DNA of 64,000 bases, taken from an uncultured delta proteobacterium. Its GTDB lineage: Bacteria > Desulfobacterota > Syntrophia > Syntrophales > UBA5619. The DNA is taken from positions 1 through 64,000 of the forward strand of contig CAWFOM010000006.1 in assembly GCA_963817385.1 (NCBI GenBank), read 5' to 3'. The notes below the pieces were generated by a model, which was not told where the DNA came from, made no database searches, and was given only the letters and a program-made list of their open reading frames with translations. How positions within the stretch are numbered: the stretch's first letter is position 1; every line of letters starts with the position of its first letter. A program made the translations under genes and the position numbers. This document shows positions 21,361 through 30,877 of this stretch, piece after piece.

Positions 21361-21604
21361 AGTCATAGAGGAATTACGCCCTGAATATGAGTTCGATTAT
21401 TCGAAAGCCGTTCGGGGTAAGTACTTTAAGCGCCTGATAGAGGAAGGGGCTAATGTGGCGGTCCTCGAACCAGAAGTAGCCAAAGTGTTCACCAGTTCGG
21501 CTGCTGTGAATGAGGCATTGAAATCGCTTCTTGAAATTACAAAATCAACACAGCGCCTAACCAAACACTCAACCGGACGCGCAAAAAAGCTGCGCGCCGG
21601 TTAG
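21350..21604 (+). CDS. BrnA-like antitoxin
   Basis: ELRPEYEFDYSKAVRGKY, V.LEPEVAKVF and AVNEAL motifs; overlaps the toxin stop and reads into the attC site. Confidence 0.8.
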   Translation: MKTKVIEELRPEYEFDYSKAVRGKYFKRLIEEGANVAVLEPEVAKVFTSSAAVNEALKSLLEITKSTQRLTKHSTGRAKKLRAG

Positions 21605-21617
21605 CTTTACGATGGGC
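21555..21617 (+). mobile_element. Integron attC site with degenerate right core
   Basis: GCCTAAC (RYYYAAC), then AACCGG-A-CGCGCA-aaaaagc-TGCGCG-CCGGTT stem, then GATGGGC (one mismatch from GTTRRRY); 63 bp. Confidence 0.7.
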
Positions 21618-21732
21618 GAAAAATAGAGACATGAACCTCTACAAGGCATGCGCGTGAGATGAAGAGTCAGAAGGATCTGCCGGGCATGAAAACGACTATC
21701 ACCGGACACAGCATTACAACCTCCCTTCGATC

Positions 21733-21768
21733 TTGACAGGTGACCTGTTTATGGACTATATTCAGTCA
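21733..21768 (+). promoter_or_regulatory. Promoter with palindromic operators for the Phd/ParE TA operon
   Basis: TTGACA-N18-TATATT, overlapped by ACAGGTGACCTGT and GACTATATTCAGTC palindromes. Confidence 0.55.
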
Positions 21769-21788
21769 TACTCGAACGGGAGGTACCA

Positions 21789-22064
21789 ATGAAACTGTCC
21801 AGCCAGATCAAGCCCATAAGCTACCTGAAGGCCCATACTGCCGAAATCGTAAGGAAACTGAACGAGCACGGAGAGCCGCTGGTTATCACCCAGAACGGCG
21901 AAGCCAAGGTGGTCATACAGGACATCGAAAGCTACGAACAAACCCAGGAAACAATGGCTCTCCTGAAGATCCTGGCACTCGGGACCCGTCAGATCGAGAA
22001 AGGCAAGGTCCAGCCCGCTGAGGATGTGATCAAACGTCTGCGCGAGCGACGGGAGGCTCACTGA
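21789..22064 (+). CDS. Phd/YefM-family antitoxin
   Basis: IKPISYLKAH and PLVITQNGEAKVV motifs. Confidence 0.9.
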   Translation: MKLSSQIKPISYLKAHTAEIVRKLNEHGEPLVITQNGEAKVVIQDIESYEQTQETMALLKILALGTRQIEKGKVQPAEDVIKRLRERREAH

Positions 22065-22390
22065 TGCCGTTCGCGGTTTTCCTGACGGATGATGCAGCAC
22101 GTGATCTCGATGAGCTTTACGACTATTTGGCTCTGCACGATGAGCCGCAAAAAGCTGACTACGTTTTGAAGCAGATCGAGAGAGCCTTCTCCAGGTTGTC
22201 CGAATTCCCCGATCGGGGTACCCATCCGAGAGAACTGCTGGGACTCGGGATTCGTGAATACCGCGAGATTTTCTTCAAACCCTACCGGATCATTTACCGA
22301 GTCATGGATAAGCACGTCTATGTTCTGCTGATTGTCGATGGCCGTCGTGACATGCAGACGCTGTTGCAGCGGCGATTGTTAGGTGCGTAA
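22064..22390 (+). CDS. RelE/ParE-family toxin
   Basis: AARDLDELYDY, YREIFFKPYRIIYRV and DGRRDMQTLL motifs; coupled to the antitoxin by TGATG. Confidence 0.9.
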   Translation: MPFAVFLTDDAARDLDELYDYLALHDEPQKADYVLKQIERAFSRLSEFPDRGTHPRELLGLGIREYREIFFKPYRIIYRVMDKHVYVLLIVDGRRDMQTLLQRRLLGA

Positions 22391-22615
22391 TAGATCGTGC
22401 CGGATTGGTGAGAGGAAGTGCTGTCCGGGAACCTTTGAACCTGAGAGGAATTTTGGATATTAATGTTGAAAGCATGAGGAAATAGGAAACCCATCATGAA
22501 TGCGCTATCAACTGCTGTTGGTTTACAACTCCATTGGGTTCAACCATCAATATTTGTGCGTCATTTTCATTATTATGAGTAGAAATAGTTAGCTTTTTTA
22601 CGAAGCCGACCAGGG

Positions 22616-23110
22616 TTAATGGCCGATCTTGGCGAGGATACTCCGGGCGAAATCCTTTCCGTCTGCCAGGTCCGCATCATCGGGATGTCCGGCGGCCCCC
22701 TGCGCCTCTTCGGCCCACGCCTGGTGTTCCATCATCTTCATCAGAGAGTCGATGACCTTGGGGTTGACCTTTCCCCGGACACCGAACGTGCCGAGGATCC
22801 GTGCCCGCGAGGCAAGGCCGATTGCGTGTTCGATGGCCTGTTTGGGCAGTTGGCCGCCCCGAAGCGAACCATGGGTGCAGAAGAGGGCGATCGGCTGTCC
22901 GGCGGGCAGGTCCTTGAAAAAGGGAACGATCGCGGCGGGAATACTGTGGGCGTGAACGGGAAACCCCACGAAGATGACGTCATAGCCCTCTGTGGCCTTG
23001 ACGTCCCGAATGGGGAGGAGTTCCTTATCGACATGAATCGCTTCATAGATGGCGCGTGCAAGCATCTCGGTGTTGCCTGTCTGTGAGAAGTAGGTAACCA
23101 AAACCTTCAT
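22616..23110 (-). CDS. Flavodoxin family protein
   Basis: YFSQTGNTE FMN-binding loop; IFVGFPV and HPD..DL motifs. Confidence 0.88.
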   Translation of the reverse strand: MKVLVTYFSQTGNTEMLARAIYEAIHVDKELLPIRDVKATEGYDVIFVGFPVHAHSIPAAIVPFFKDLPAGQPIALFCTHGSLRGGQLPKQAIEHAIGLASRARILGTFGVRGKVNPKVIDSLMKMMEHQAWAEEAQGAAGHPDDADLADGKDFARSILAKIGH

Positions 23111-23212
23111 ATCGTCCGTGCCTCCTCTGACATATTTGCGAAACCCTTTTAGCGAATTTTCCGGTAAATTGCAAGGGACAAAGCCTGCCGGCGCGGCCCT
23201 GATAATCTTGTC

Positions 23213-23713
23213 TTAGTTGTTGCTGTCGCCATCCATCTCTCGATCGAGTTTATCATAGGTGTCGAGATCGGGCGTATCGATCCTCACGGTACCGTTCTCT
23301 TCCATGTGCAGGAAGGTTCTTGCCGCCAGGATCGAGTACCAGACGCCGATCGGCCGACCCGTATCGTCAGACATCTCGAATCCATATTGAAACTGATAGT
23401 AATGAAAGGCCTTGGTCTTCATGTTCTCGACGATTTCCTTCATCTTCCCCGGGGTCATCGCCACCTCTTTCCAGAGGGTTCTCGGATCGAGATGGTAAGC
23501 CCGGTTCAGTCCCATAAGGGCATTGGGGTAGAGGTCCGAGCCGCTGATATAGTAGCGGAATTCCGGGTTGACCTGGTAGCCTTCAAAGACGCGGGTAGTC
23601 TCAGGGCTCGGATCGATACGGCCGTAGTTCCTGAAAAAGTTTCCGGTGCAGGCTGCGGCGCTCAGGCATAACGCCAACAGAAGATAAAAACGGATTCTTC
23701 GTTTCGATTGCAT
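23213..23713 (-). CDS. Putative lipoprotein
   Basis: Basic N-terminus, hydrophobic stretch and AAAC lipobox-like motif. Confidence 0.7.
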   Translation of the reverse strand: MQSKRRIRFYLLLALCLSAAACTGNFFRNYGRIDPSPETTRVFEGYQVNPEFRYYISGSDLYPNALMGLNRAYHLDPRTLWKEVAMTPGKMKEIVENMKTKAFHYYQFQYGFEMSDDTGRPIGVWYSILAARTFLHMEENGTVRIDTPDLDTYDKLDREMDGDSNN

Positions 23714-23727
23714 CGTTTCTTTCCTCC

Positions 23728-26688
23728 TTACATCAGCTTTTCCAGCGTCAATTTTTCCGTAAGCATCTCGTTGGCTTTTCCGAGGCGCTCCTCCGACGCA
23801 CAGACCGCGATCCCCGCCCCTTCAGCCGCGGTGCGGAAATAGCTCCGCGCGGTTTCCTGCAGGCGTTCCGGGGTGCTGTCGAGTATCTCCTCCCGGAAAC
23901 GGCGTCGGTCGGCATCGGTGAGATCGGAGAACTCACGGATCAGGGCGGTGTATCCCCTGCCGGCGGGGTCCAACGGCCGATCCAGGGCGCTGACCGAACC
24001 GATAACGGCCTTTTCCAATTCTTCCGGTAAAACCATTTCCCGGGAAGCCGCATCCACGGCATTGCGATAGACATCCAGGGTTTCCGTCAGATGGGGATCC
24101 CGGTAGGAGAGGAAGGCGAACAGGCCGCTCAGCGGTTCGTACCGGCAGGAGCCGCCATAGGCCCCGCCCTGAACCCGGATATGGCGGTAGAGGTAGCCGT
24201 TGGATAGTTGTTTCGCCAGGACGAAAAGGGGTGCGGAAAGCGGATCGTCATAGGGCGGCGCTGCGAGGACTTTCGCCACATAGGAGACCTGGGCGGGGAT
24301 GATGATGCCGACGTGTGCCGGGCGATGGGTCTGCTCCTTGCTCCTCGCCGGCGGATTTCCCATCGGAAGCAAGGAGAGCCTCGCAGATGCGCCGGCAAGA
24401 AGTCTCAACCCCTCTTCATCGGCCGTCAGATTCAGGTGCAGGCGGTTCCTGACGAAGATGATCTCCTTCAGGCGCGTCAGTTTCTCCCGAAGATCCTCCC
24501 GAAGATCGGTCAGGCGATCGGCAGTGCCGGCGATGAAGCGGAGCTGTGTTCGCCCGTGCCATTGTTCGTTCCGCCAGGCGGACACGGAAAAGGCGGCCGC
24601 GGCGGCCATATGGGCGAAGAGATGCCCCGAGGGGATGACCGAGGCGTGGAGGCCGTTCTTCTTTTCGAGGATCAGATCCCGCATCCGGGCGGCATCGTTC
24701 AGATCCCCCGCGGTCAGGATATCCCGGACGATGCCGACCGCTTCGTCCACGTTCCGGTAAAGGGCCTTGACGGAGAAGAACATCTTCTGCCAGTCTCCCT
24801 TCCCGTCGGCGGTAAGGCCCGTGGCGAGGTTAACCCCGAGCCCGCCGGTCCGGAGGGCTATCCGTTTTGCCATCGCCTCGTAGGACATGCCGGCCGCCCC
24901 CATCTGGACGGTGAGCTTGCCGAGGAGCGGCAGGTAGGGCTGCAGCTCCTCGGGGACGTCGGAGACATCGAAGGCGAGGTCGAGATAGGCGATCCCGTTG
25001 GTGAAGATCTCGTGGCTCAGGACCGGAACGCCGGCGATGGTCGAGCGATCCGTGGGGATCGTTTCGATCTCGCGGGAGATGTCGCTGATCTTCAACCTCG
25101 GCAGGGTCGCGACCGCCTCGGGAGAGTCCGGTTCCGTCTGAAACTGCTTGAGCACGGCCGTCTCCCGTCGGATCTGTTCCGCATCCTCGGAGGTGAGCAG
25201 GGCCTTTCGACGGGCCATCCGCTCCCGGACCGCCTGTTCCCGCTCCTCCGGCAAGGTCCGGCTCGGCTCCATGACGGAGAGGAGGCGGTGGGGATTCTCC
25301 AGGAGCCATCTTCGGACGACCTGCTGGAAAAGGCCGGGGTCGGCCTCCCACTTCCTGCGGATTTCGAGGATGGTGCGGGGGAAATTCATGTCCGTCAGGG
25401 GATCCCCTTCGTACAGCCAGGTGTGGTAGGCGCGGCCCATGAGAACGATCCCGTACGGATAGCCGCCGCGGACCATCTCCCGCCCGTGGAATTCGATCTG
25501 GTGGAGGGTCCCCTCGATCAGCTCACGGTCGAAACCGGCAGCCGCCACATTCTCCAGCGTATCGAGGATCAGCGTCTCGATCCGCGGTGCCTTGTCCGGG
25601 TCGGTTCCCCGGAGGCCGACCGCCAAGGCGATCTGCCGAAGATCCCTCTCCAGGCCGGTGACCGGCGAGAGATCTTCGCCGAGACCGGAATCGATCAGGG
25701 CCTTCCGGAGGGGGGCGGCGGCGCTCCCGACGAGCAGGTCCGAGACGATCGTGATGAGCATCGCCTCTTCGCCATCGGTGTTTTCCGCCGTCATCCAGGC
25801 GAGGTTGACCGTGGTTTTCCCCGTCGTTTTCTCCTGGCGGTCGATGGGATAGAAACCGTGAACGGATCGCGGTTCGCGCCATCGATTCTGAATGCCTATG
25901 GCGGAATCCACGGCGACACGGTCGAAGCCCGCGAGCATCTCCGCGAGAAAGGCGAGGTGCTCCTCGGTCGGAATGTCTCCGTAGAGAAAGATCCGGGCGT
26001 TCGTCGGCGAGTAGAAGGTCCGGTGGAATGCACGGAACTGATCATAGGTCAGCTCGGGTATCGACTCCGGATCACCCCCCGAGTCGCAGGCATAGGGGGT
26101 GTCCGGATAGAGGTTTTCCTGGAGCGCCTTGTACATGAGGGTGTCCGGAGAGGAGTAGGCGCCCTTCATCTCGTTGTATACGATGCCGGAGATCGTCAGA
26201 TCGCCGTTCGCGTCGAATTCGAGGTGGTGGCCTTCCTGGAGGAAGGTCTCCTTCAGAAGCCGCGGCCGGAGGACCAGGTCGGTATAGACCCGGGCGAGGT
26301 TGAAGAAATCGCGCCTCTCCTGGCTGGCGACGGGATAGATCGTCTTGTCGGGGTAGGTGAAGGCGTTGAGGAAGGTCTGGAGCGTCCCCCGGAGGAGTTC
26401 GTTGAAGACGTCCTTGAGCGGATAGCGCTCCGAACCGGCCAGGACGGAATGCTCGAGGATGTGGGGCACGCCGGTCGAGTCGCGCGGCGGCGTCCGGAAA
26501 CCGATGGAGAAGAGGTTTTCCCGGTCGTCGCAGTGGAGATGAAGGATTCTGGCCCCCGTTTGTTCGTGTTCGATCTCGTAGGCGGTGACCCTGATCTCCC
26601 GGATCTGTTCGATCCGCCGTATGTGAAATCCGTGCCGCTTATCCCCTGCGCCAAAGGTGGGCGGCGGACAGTCGCGTTTTGCGTCCAT
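23728..26688 (-). CDS. M16C family zinc peptidase (presequence protease-like)
   Basis: GVPHILEHSVL inverted HxxEH motif; FLNAFTYPDKT.YP, GIVYNEMKG and IRVQGGAYG motifs. Confidence 0.93.
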   Translation of the reverse strand: MDAKRDCPPPTFGAGDKRHGFHIRRIEQIREIRVTAYEIEHEQTGARILHLHCDDRENLFSIGFRTPPRDSTGVPHILEHSVLAGSERYPLKDVFNELLRGTLQTFLNAFTYPDKTIYPVASQERRDFFNLARVYTDLVLRPRLLKETFLQEGHHLEFDANGDLTISGIVYNEMKGAYSSPDTLMYKALQENLYPDTPYACDSGGDPESIPELTYDQFRAFHRTFYSPTNARIFLYGDIPTEEHLAFLAEMLAGFDRVAVDSAIGIQNRWREPRSVHGFYPIDRQEKTTGKTTVNLAWMTAENTDGEEAMLITIVSDLLVGSAAAPLRKALIDSGLGEDLSPVTGLERDLRQIALAVGLRGTDPDKAPRIETLILDTLENVAAAGFDRELIEGTLHQIEFHGREMVRGGYPYGIVLMGRAYHTWLYEGDPLTDMNFPRTILEIRRKWEADPGLFQQVVRRWLLENPHRLLSVMEPSRTLPEEREQAVRERMARRKALLTSEDAEQIRRETAVLKQFQTEPDSPEAVATLPRLKISDISREIETIPTDRSTIAGVPVLSHEIFTNGIAYLDLAFDVSDVPEELQPYLPLLGKLTVQMGAAGMSYEAMAKRIALRTGGLGVNLATGLTADGKGDWQKMFFSVKALYRNVDEAVGIVRDILTAGDLNDAARMRDLILEKKNGLHASVIPSGHLFAHMAAAAAFSVSAWRNEQWHGRTQLRFIAGTADRLTDLREDLREKLTRLKEIIFVRNRLHLNLTADEEGLRLLAGASARLSLLPMGNPPARSKEQTHRPAHVGIIIPAQVSYVAKVLAAPPYDDPLSAPLFVLAKQLSNGYLYRHIRVQGGAYGGSCRYEPLSGLFAFLSYRDPHLTETLDVYRNAVDAASREMVLPEELEKAVIGSVSALDRPLDPAGRGYTALIREFSDLTDADRRRFREEILDSTPERLQETARSYFRTAAEGAGIAVCASEERLGKANEMLTEKLTLEKLM

Positions 26689-27028
26689 TTCTTTCCCCTC
26701 TCCTGAACAGCGATCATCATAAATTTATACCGGGATTGCCGGCAAAAGTCAAATGCCGCCCCGTTTCTCCGCCGATTGTAGGGGAGGGGAGAAGAGGTGT
26801 GAGAGGAATTCACGGGTAGACGGCGCATGGGCTTTTGTGTGAGGGCTTGATCGGATCAGCCAGAGGCCGAGGACGAAAGTCAAAAGAAGGGGCTGTGACT
26901 CTGAAAGAATTGGTGAATCTGGTTTTCACCGGACACGACGTCTGATATAATCCACTCACAACCTCAGAGAAGCCTGGCCCGGCTTCATGAGATGAAGGGA
27001 ATGCGGGCAGCGACTAAGGATCAATCCA

Positions 27029-28159
27029 ATGACCCAAGAACAGGATATTCAACGCCACCTTCGGAACTGGCAAAAAGAGATTGACGGCGCGGCGCTGTAT
27101 CGTGCGCTCGCGGAGGCGGAAAAGAAGGCCGAGCTGAAAGAGGTCTACGGACGGCTGGCCGAGACCGAAGAGAGGCACGCCGCTTACTGGGAAGGCAAGC
27201 TCGACGAAGCGGGTCATCCCGTCCCGGCGCGGCGGCCGTCGTGGCGGGCGCGCAGCATGGCCTGGCTGGCGAAGCGGTTCGGCCCGCGGTTTGTCCTGCC
27301 CACCGTGGCCGGGCTCGAAACGGCGGACAGCCGTGCCTATGACCACCAGCCCGAGGAAGCGGCCGGACGGATGTCCGCCGACGAAAAATCGCACGCCCGC
27401 TTGATTTCGGCCGCGGCGGATGTCAGAAACGGCGGTATGACGGGCAGCGACGTCGCGAAAATCGAGGGGAGGCACAAGTTCGCCGGAGGAAACGCCCTGC
27501 GCGCCGCCGTCCTGGGCGCAAACGATGGACTGGTCTCTAACCTGAGCCTGGTGATGGGTGTGGCGGGGGCGTCGCTTTCCGGCGACGGGATTCTGATTAC
27601 CGGGTTGGCCGGTCTGATGGCCGGGGCTGGTTCCATGGCGCTGGGTGAATGGCTTTCGGTGCAGAGCTCCCGCGAACTGTACCAGCATCAGATCCAGATC
27701 GAGAGAGAAGAGCTGCGAGCCGGACCTGAGGAGGAGCGGGATGAGCTGGCGCTGATCTACCAGTCCAAAGGGGTGCCGACGGAACGCGCCCGGGAGTTGG
27801 CCGCGCACATCATCGGCGGTGGTGACAGCGCCCTGGATACGCTGGTGCGCGAAGAGCTGGGCATCGATCCGGACGAACTGGGCGGCTCCGCATGGGAAGC
27901 CGCCTTCACTTCGTTTTTTCTATTTGCCGCGGGTGCCGTCGTGCCCGTTATCCCCTTCATCTTTTTAAACGGCGCAACCGCGGTGATCGTCAGCATCATC
28001 ATCAGCGCCGGCGGTCTTTTTGCCATCGGCGCGGCCATCACGCTGATGACCGGGCGCAGCGCGCCCTATTCGGGCCTGCGCATGGTGCTTTTCGGCCTGA
28101 CCGCCGCCGCCCTGACCTACGGCATTGGACGCCTGATCGGCGTCTCGATCGGCGGCTAG
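27029..28159 (+). CDS. VIT1/CCC1 iron/manganese transporter with N-terminal ferritin/rubrerythrin-like domain
   Basis: LRAAVLGANDGLVSN and SMALGEW.SVQS motifs; N-terminal E.D....Y..LA, EERH and DEKSH. Confidence 0.9.
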   Translation: MTQEQDIQRHLRNWQKEIDGAALYRALAEAEKKAELKEVYGRLAETEERHAAYWEGKLDEAGHPVPARRPSWRARSMAWLAKRFGPRFVLPTVAGLETADSRAYDHQPEEAAGRMSADEKSHARLISAAADVRNGGMTGSDVAKIEGRHKFAGGNALRAAVLGANDGLVSNLSLVMGVAGASLSGDGILITGLAGLMAGAGSMALGEWLSVQSSRELYQHQIQIEREELRAGPEEERDELALIYQSKGVPTERARELAAHIIGGGDSALDTLVREELGIDPDELGGSAWEAAFTSFFLFAAGAVVPVIPFIFLNGATAVIVSIIISAGGLFAIGAAITLMTGRSAPYSGLRMVLFGLTAAALTYGIGRLIGVSIGG

Positions 28160-28503
28160 GAGCATTCAGAGTTACACTTTTTCTCCTCGAGTTCCGCGGC
28201 GAGGGCGAATTGATCCGGCGCAGCCGTCCCCCTTCGAGTTCCCTGCTGAGCCGCCGAAAAGGCTCCAGACCCTCGTCGATCCTGCTCATTCAGTACCTAC
28301 CTATCGATAAATTATTTATTGAAGTCAAGGTTCGGGGCGAATGCGCTTGTGTAGCACCTTTCGACTCGTACTGCTCAGGTAAGATTAAAAAAACTGAACT
28401 GCGGTGGTTATTGCTGTCACCTATGAGTCAAGCATATGAGATTAGATAAAATGTTAACGATTACGGATTGAAAGGTAGTAACGCTTGGGCTCCCCCTGAG
28501 CGC

Positions 28504-29427
28504 CTACAGTCGATCAAGGATTTCCTTGCGCTTGCGGTCGTTCTCTTCCTGGGTGATCAGACCTTTGTCGAGGAGTTCTTTCAGCTTCTGCAGTTGCGCT
28601 GCCTCGTCGCGCGAAGGGCTCGTGCTTGTTGACGGGGCTTGCTGAGCTGCTGGCGGTGAAGGCAGGGAGGGCGCTACGGATGCAGGCGTCGGTGGTGCCA
28701 TACGCGTTGCAGTGCTCGGGGGCGCAACGCTAGTCGACTTCTTGAATGTTGACGGGTCGATGATCGCGCCGCCTTCGACAAGCTTGAGCGTGTTGTCTAC
28801 CTCGCGTCCATCCGAAGACTGGTACATGCCTTGACGGTATTGGGCCTCGCAAACTAAATAGGCAGGGTCTTTCTCGCTACATAAAACGTGCGTAACCCAG
28901 GCGCCATAGCCCGGGAGTACCTGTACTGCAACAAGGTCGGCTGAAGTCCCTGCCATGAACGTGCCGAAAGCTGATGCGAAGTTGATCTGTCGAACGAGGT
29001 CCTTCGGTATTTCTGCGCGATAAAACCGAGTGTAGATTCCGGTAACACCAGAGTACTTCGCTGAGGTTTGACCGGCACTTGTGGCGAGGTACCATTCGCG
29101 CGTAAATGCAGGGGGCTTCCCGGCGAGTTGCTTCAGATAGTTGTCGTAGCGCTGATTGAGAGTTGCTTCATCAAACTCAGTAAGCGCCATCGCATTACCT
29201 ACGACAATCAATCTTGCGCCTGAAACGCCTGGAATGATCGAAGTCTTGACCGTATCCTTGACCTGAGGTGAGCTCGGCGTCGTGGTGCTGGTTGCCGGTG
29301 CATTCCGCCGGTTAAAGTCGCTGACGTTATCCTGGGTCGGCTTCGATATTGGAAGCGAGATTCCCTCTTTAGTCGCGCACCCTGAAAGCGCTGCGAGTGC
29401 AAGGATGGCAACGAGTAGCCTGATCAT
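28504..29427 (-). CDS. Lipoprotein with C-terminal SHOCT-like domain
   Basis: MIRLLVAILALAALSGC lipobox; Pro/Ser/Thr linker; LQKLKELLDKGLITQEE..RKRKEIL. Confidence 0.75.
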   Translation of the reverse strand: MIRLLVAILALAALSGCATKEGISLPISKPTQDNVSDFNRRNAPATSTTTPSSPQVKDTVKTSIIPGVSGARLIVVGNAMALTEFDEATLNQRYDNYLKQLAGKPPAFTREWYLATSAGQTSAKYSGVTGIYTRFYRAEIPKDLVRQINFASAFGTFMAGTSADLVAVQVLPGYGAWVTHVLCSEKDPAYLVCEAQYRQGMYQSSDGREVDNTLKLVEGGAIIDPSTFKKSTSVAPPSTATRMAPPTPASVAPSLPSPPAAQQAPSTSTSPSRDEAAQLQKLKELLDKGLITQEENDRKRKEILDRL

Positions 29428-29623
29428 GGTTTCTCGCCTGGGAGTTCGAGTCGCTTTGGTTCCCGTGGGCATCCTGCCCGCCGTACGAAGTGCCCGGATG
29501 CCGGTGCTGGACGGGGTATTTGTCAGCCAGTCCATATTTTCCTCCAGGATGGTTATACGGGATGGAACTCTGTCGACTGCCTTTATGTCTCTGAGTTTAC
29601 TATCACGATTTGTAAACGAATGC

Positions 29624-29802
29624 AAAAAGGCGGATGCTTTCACACCCGTCCCGGTTGTTTGATGCTTTGCATTACAGCTACCTAGTCCTCAGCGATGGAT
29701 ATACATCTAAAGTGAGGATTACGGATCGAAACGAAGTAAACCTCGTGTTCGGCGGGGGGTCGTGTAACGCAAGGCCTACCATCACAAGCGGCGGAACACG
29801 AG
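29624..29802 (-). ncRNA. Candidate structured non-coding RNA ending in an intrinsic terminator
   Basis: Multiple nested and crossing complementarities (see findings); the G-U pairs favour the minus strand. Confidence 0.4.
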
Positions 29803-29846
29803 AGATTATCCACTGGAACGCGCTGATAGATGACGAACTGATACGT

Positions 29847-30650
29847 TTATTTTGGTGTGCCACCCTCGGAGGCGGTATAGGACGCCTTTGTGGCCTCCTC
29901 GTAGTCTGACGGCAACAGCGGCGTCGCCCACTCGAACCCAAATCCGCGCTGCGTGGGGCCGGGACCGAAGACGACACCGATGACTTCACCAGTGTCGATC
30001 AGAACAACTGGGCTCCCGCTGAAACCGGGCACGCCCATTAGATCGAGCAGTAGCATTCTGCCGTCTGGCCATTGGACTTCTGTTGACGCCACAATTCCAC
30101 TGCGCACAATCGGTAGGTCGAGGGCTCCTGGCATGATGACCGGATAGCCAATAATCATGACTGTCTGGCCAACGGTTCGGGCCAATTGCCCCGAGTAAAT
30201 CGGAAATACGCGAAGCGTTCCAGATGCACAGGGCTTACCCCCATGCTGGTCGATCTTGAGAAACGCGAGATCTTGCGTTGGATTCTCCGACAACACGCGT
30301 ACCGGCAGAGTTCTTACCTTCCCGAGGTCAGCGGGAAGCTGAAACCGAACAACGAGCTCATTCCGGTTCGCCTCCTTCAAGACGTGTTTCGCTGTGGCAA
30401 AGGTGCACGCCTGATCCACCACAAACGCTGTTCCAAGCCATTTGATGGGGCGGGGCAATTTCGAGTCTACCGGCTGCTCCTGGTACGTTCCGACATGCAG
30501 GATTCCGTGCCGAGCGATTTCGAACTGCTCGGCAACTGAAGCCGCCATAGTGATGCTCGGCATGACTATAGCTGCGACCCATATCGAGATTCCGAGTCTC
30601 GTGAACTGTCGAGTACGATGTTGAGATTGCCCGCGCTTGTGTATCATCAT
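29847..30650 (-). CDS. Trypsin-like serine protease, exported
   Basis: TAKHV, DLAFL and PGFSGSPV catalytic triad motifs; N-terminal hydrophobic segment. Confidence 0.85.
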   Translation of the reverse strand: MMIHKRGQSQHRTRQFTRLGISIWVAAIVMPSITMAASVAEQFEIARHGILHVGTYQEQPVDSKLPRPIKWLGTAFVVDQACTFATAKHVLKEANRNELVVRFQLPADLGKVRTLPVRVLSENPTQDLAFLKIDQHGGKPCASGTLRVFPIYSGQLARTVGQTVMIIGYPVIMPGALDLPIVRSGIVASTEVQWPDGRMLLLDLMGVPGFSGSPVVLIDTGEVIGVVFGPGPTQRGFGFEWATPLLPSDYEEATKASYTASEGGTPK

Positions 30651-30877
30651 CTCGATTGCCTCGTCAGTAATAAAAAACCCCGCTCTTTTGTAAGCAATGG
30701 GGTATTGTCAGCCAGTCCATATTTCCCTCCAGCACGATTATACGGGACGGAACATTCAACTGCTTTTGTTATTTCAGTGACGCACTTATCACCATTTTCG
30801 ACTGAAATCCAGTACACGAATGCAATTTATTCCCCTACCGAGGAAGGATGTTGGTACCCTCTGAAGCAGAAAATTGG

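Noticed and set aside
24208..26706. 832-aa plus-strand ORF and other long antisense ORFs (e.g. 12487-13668, 16489-17652, 32039-33205, 61136-62620)
   Set aside because: Shadow ORFs opposite well-supported genes in GC-rich DNA, with no recognisable motifs.
29634..29909. 91-aa plus-strand ORF over the structured intergenic region
   Set aside because: No RBS, overlaps the protease gene antisense, and RNA structure explains the region better.
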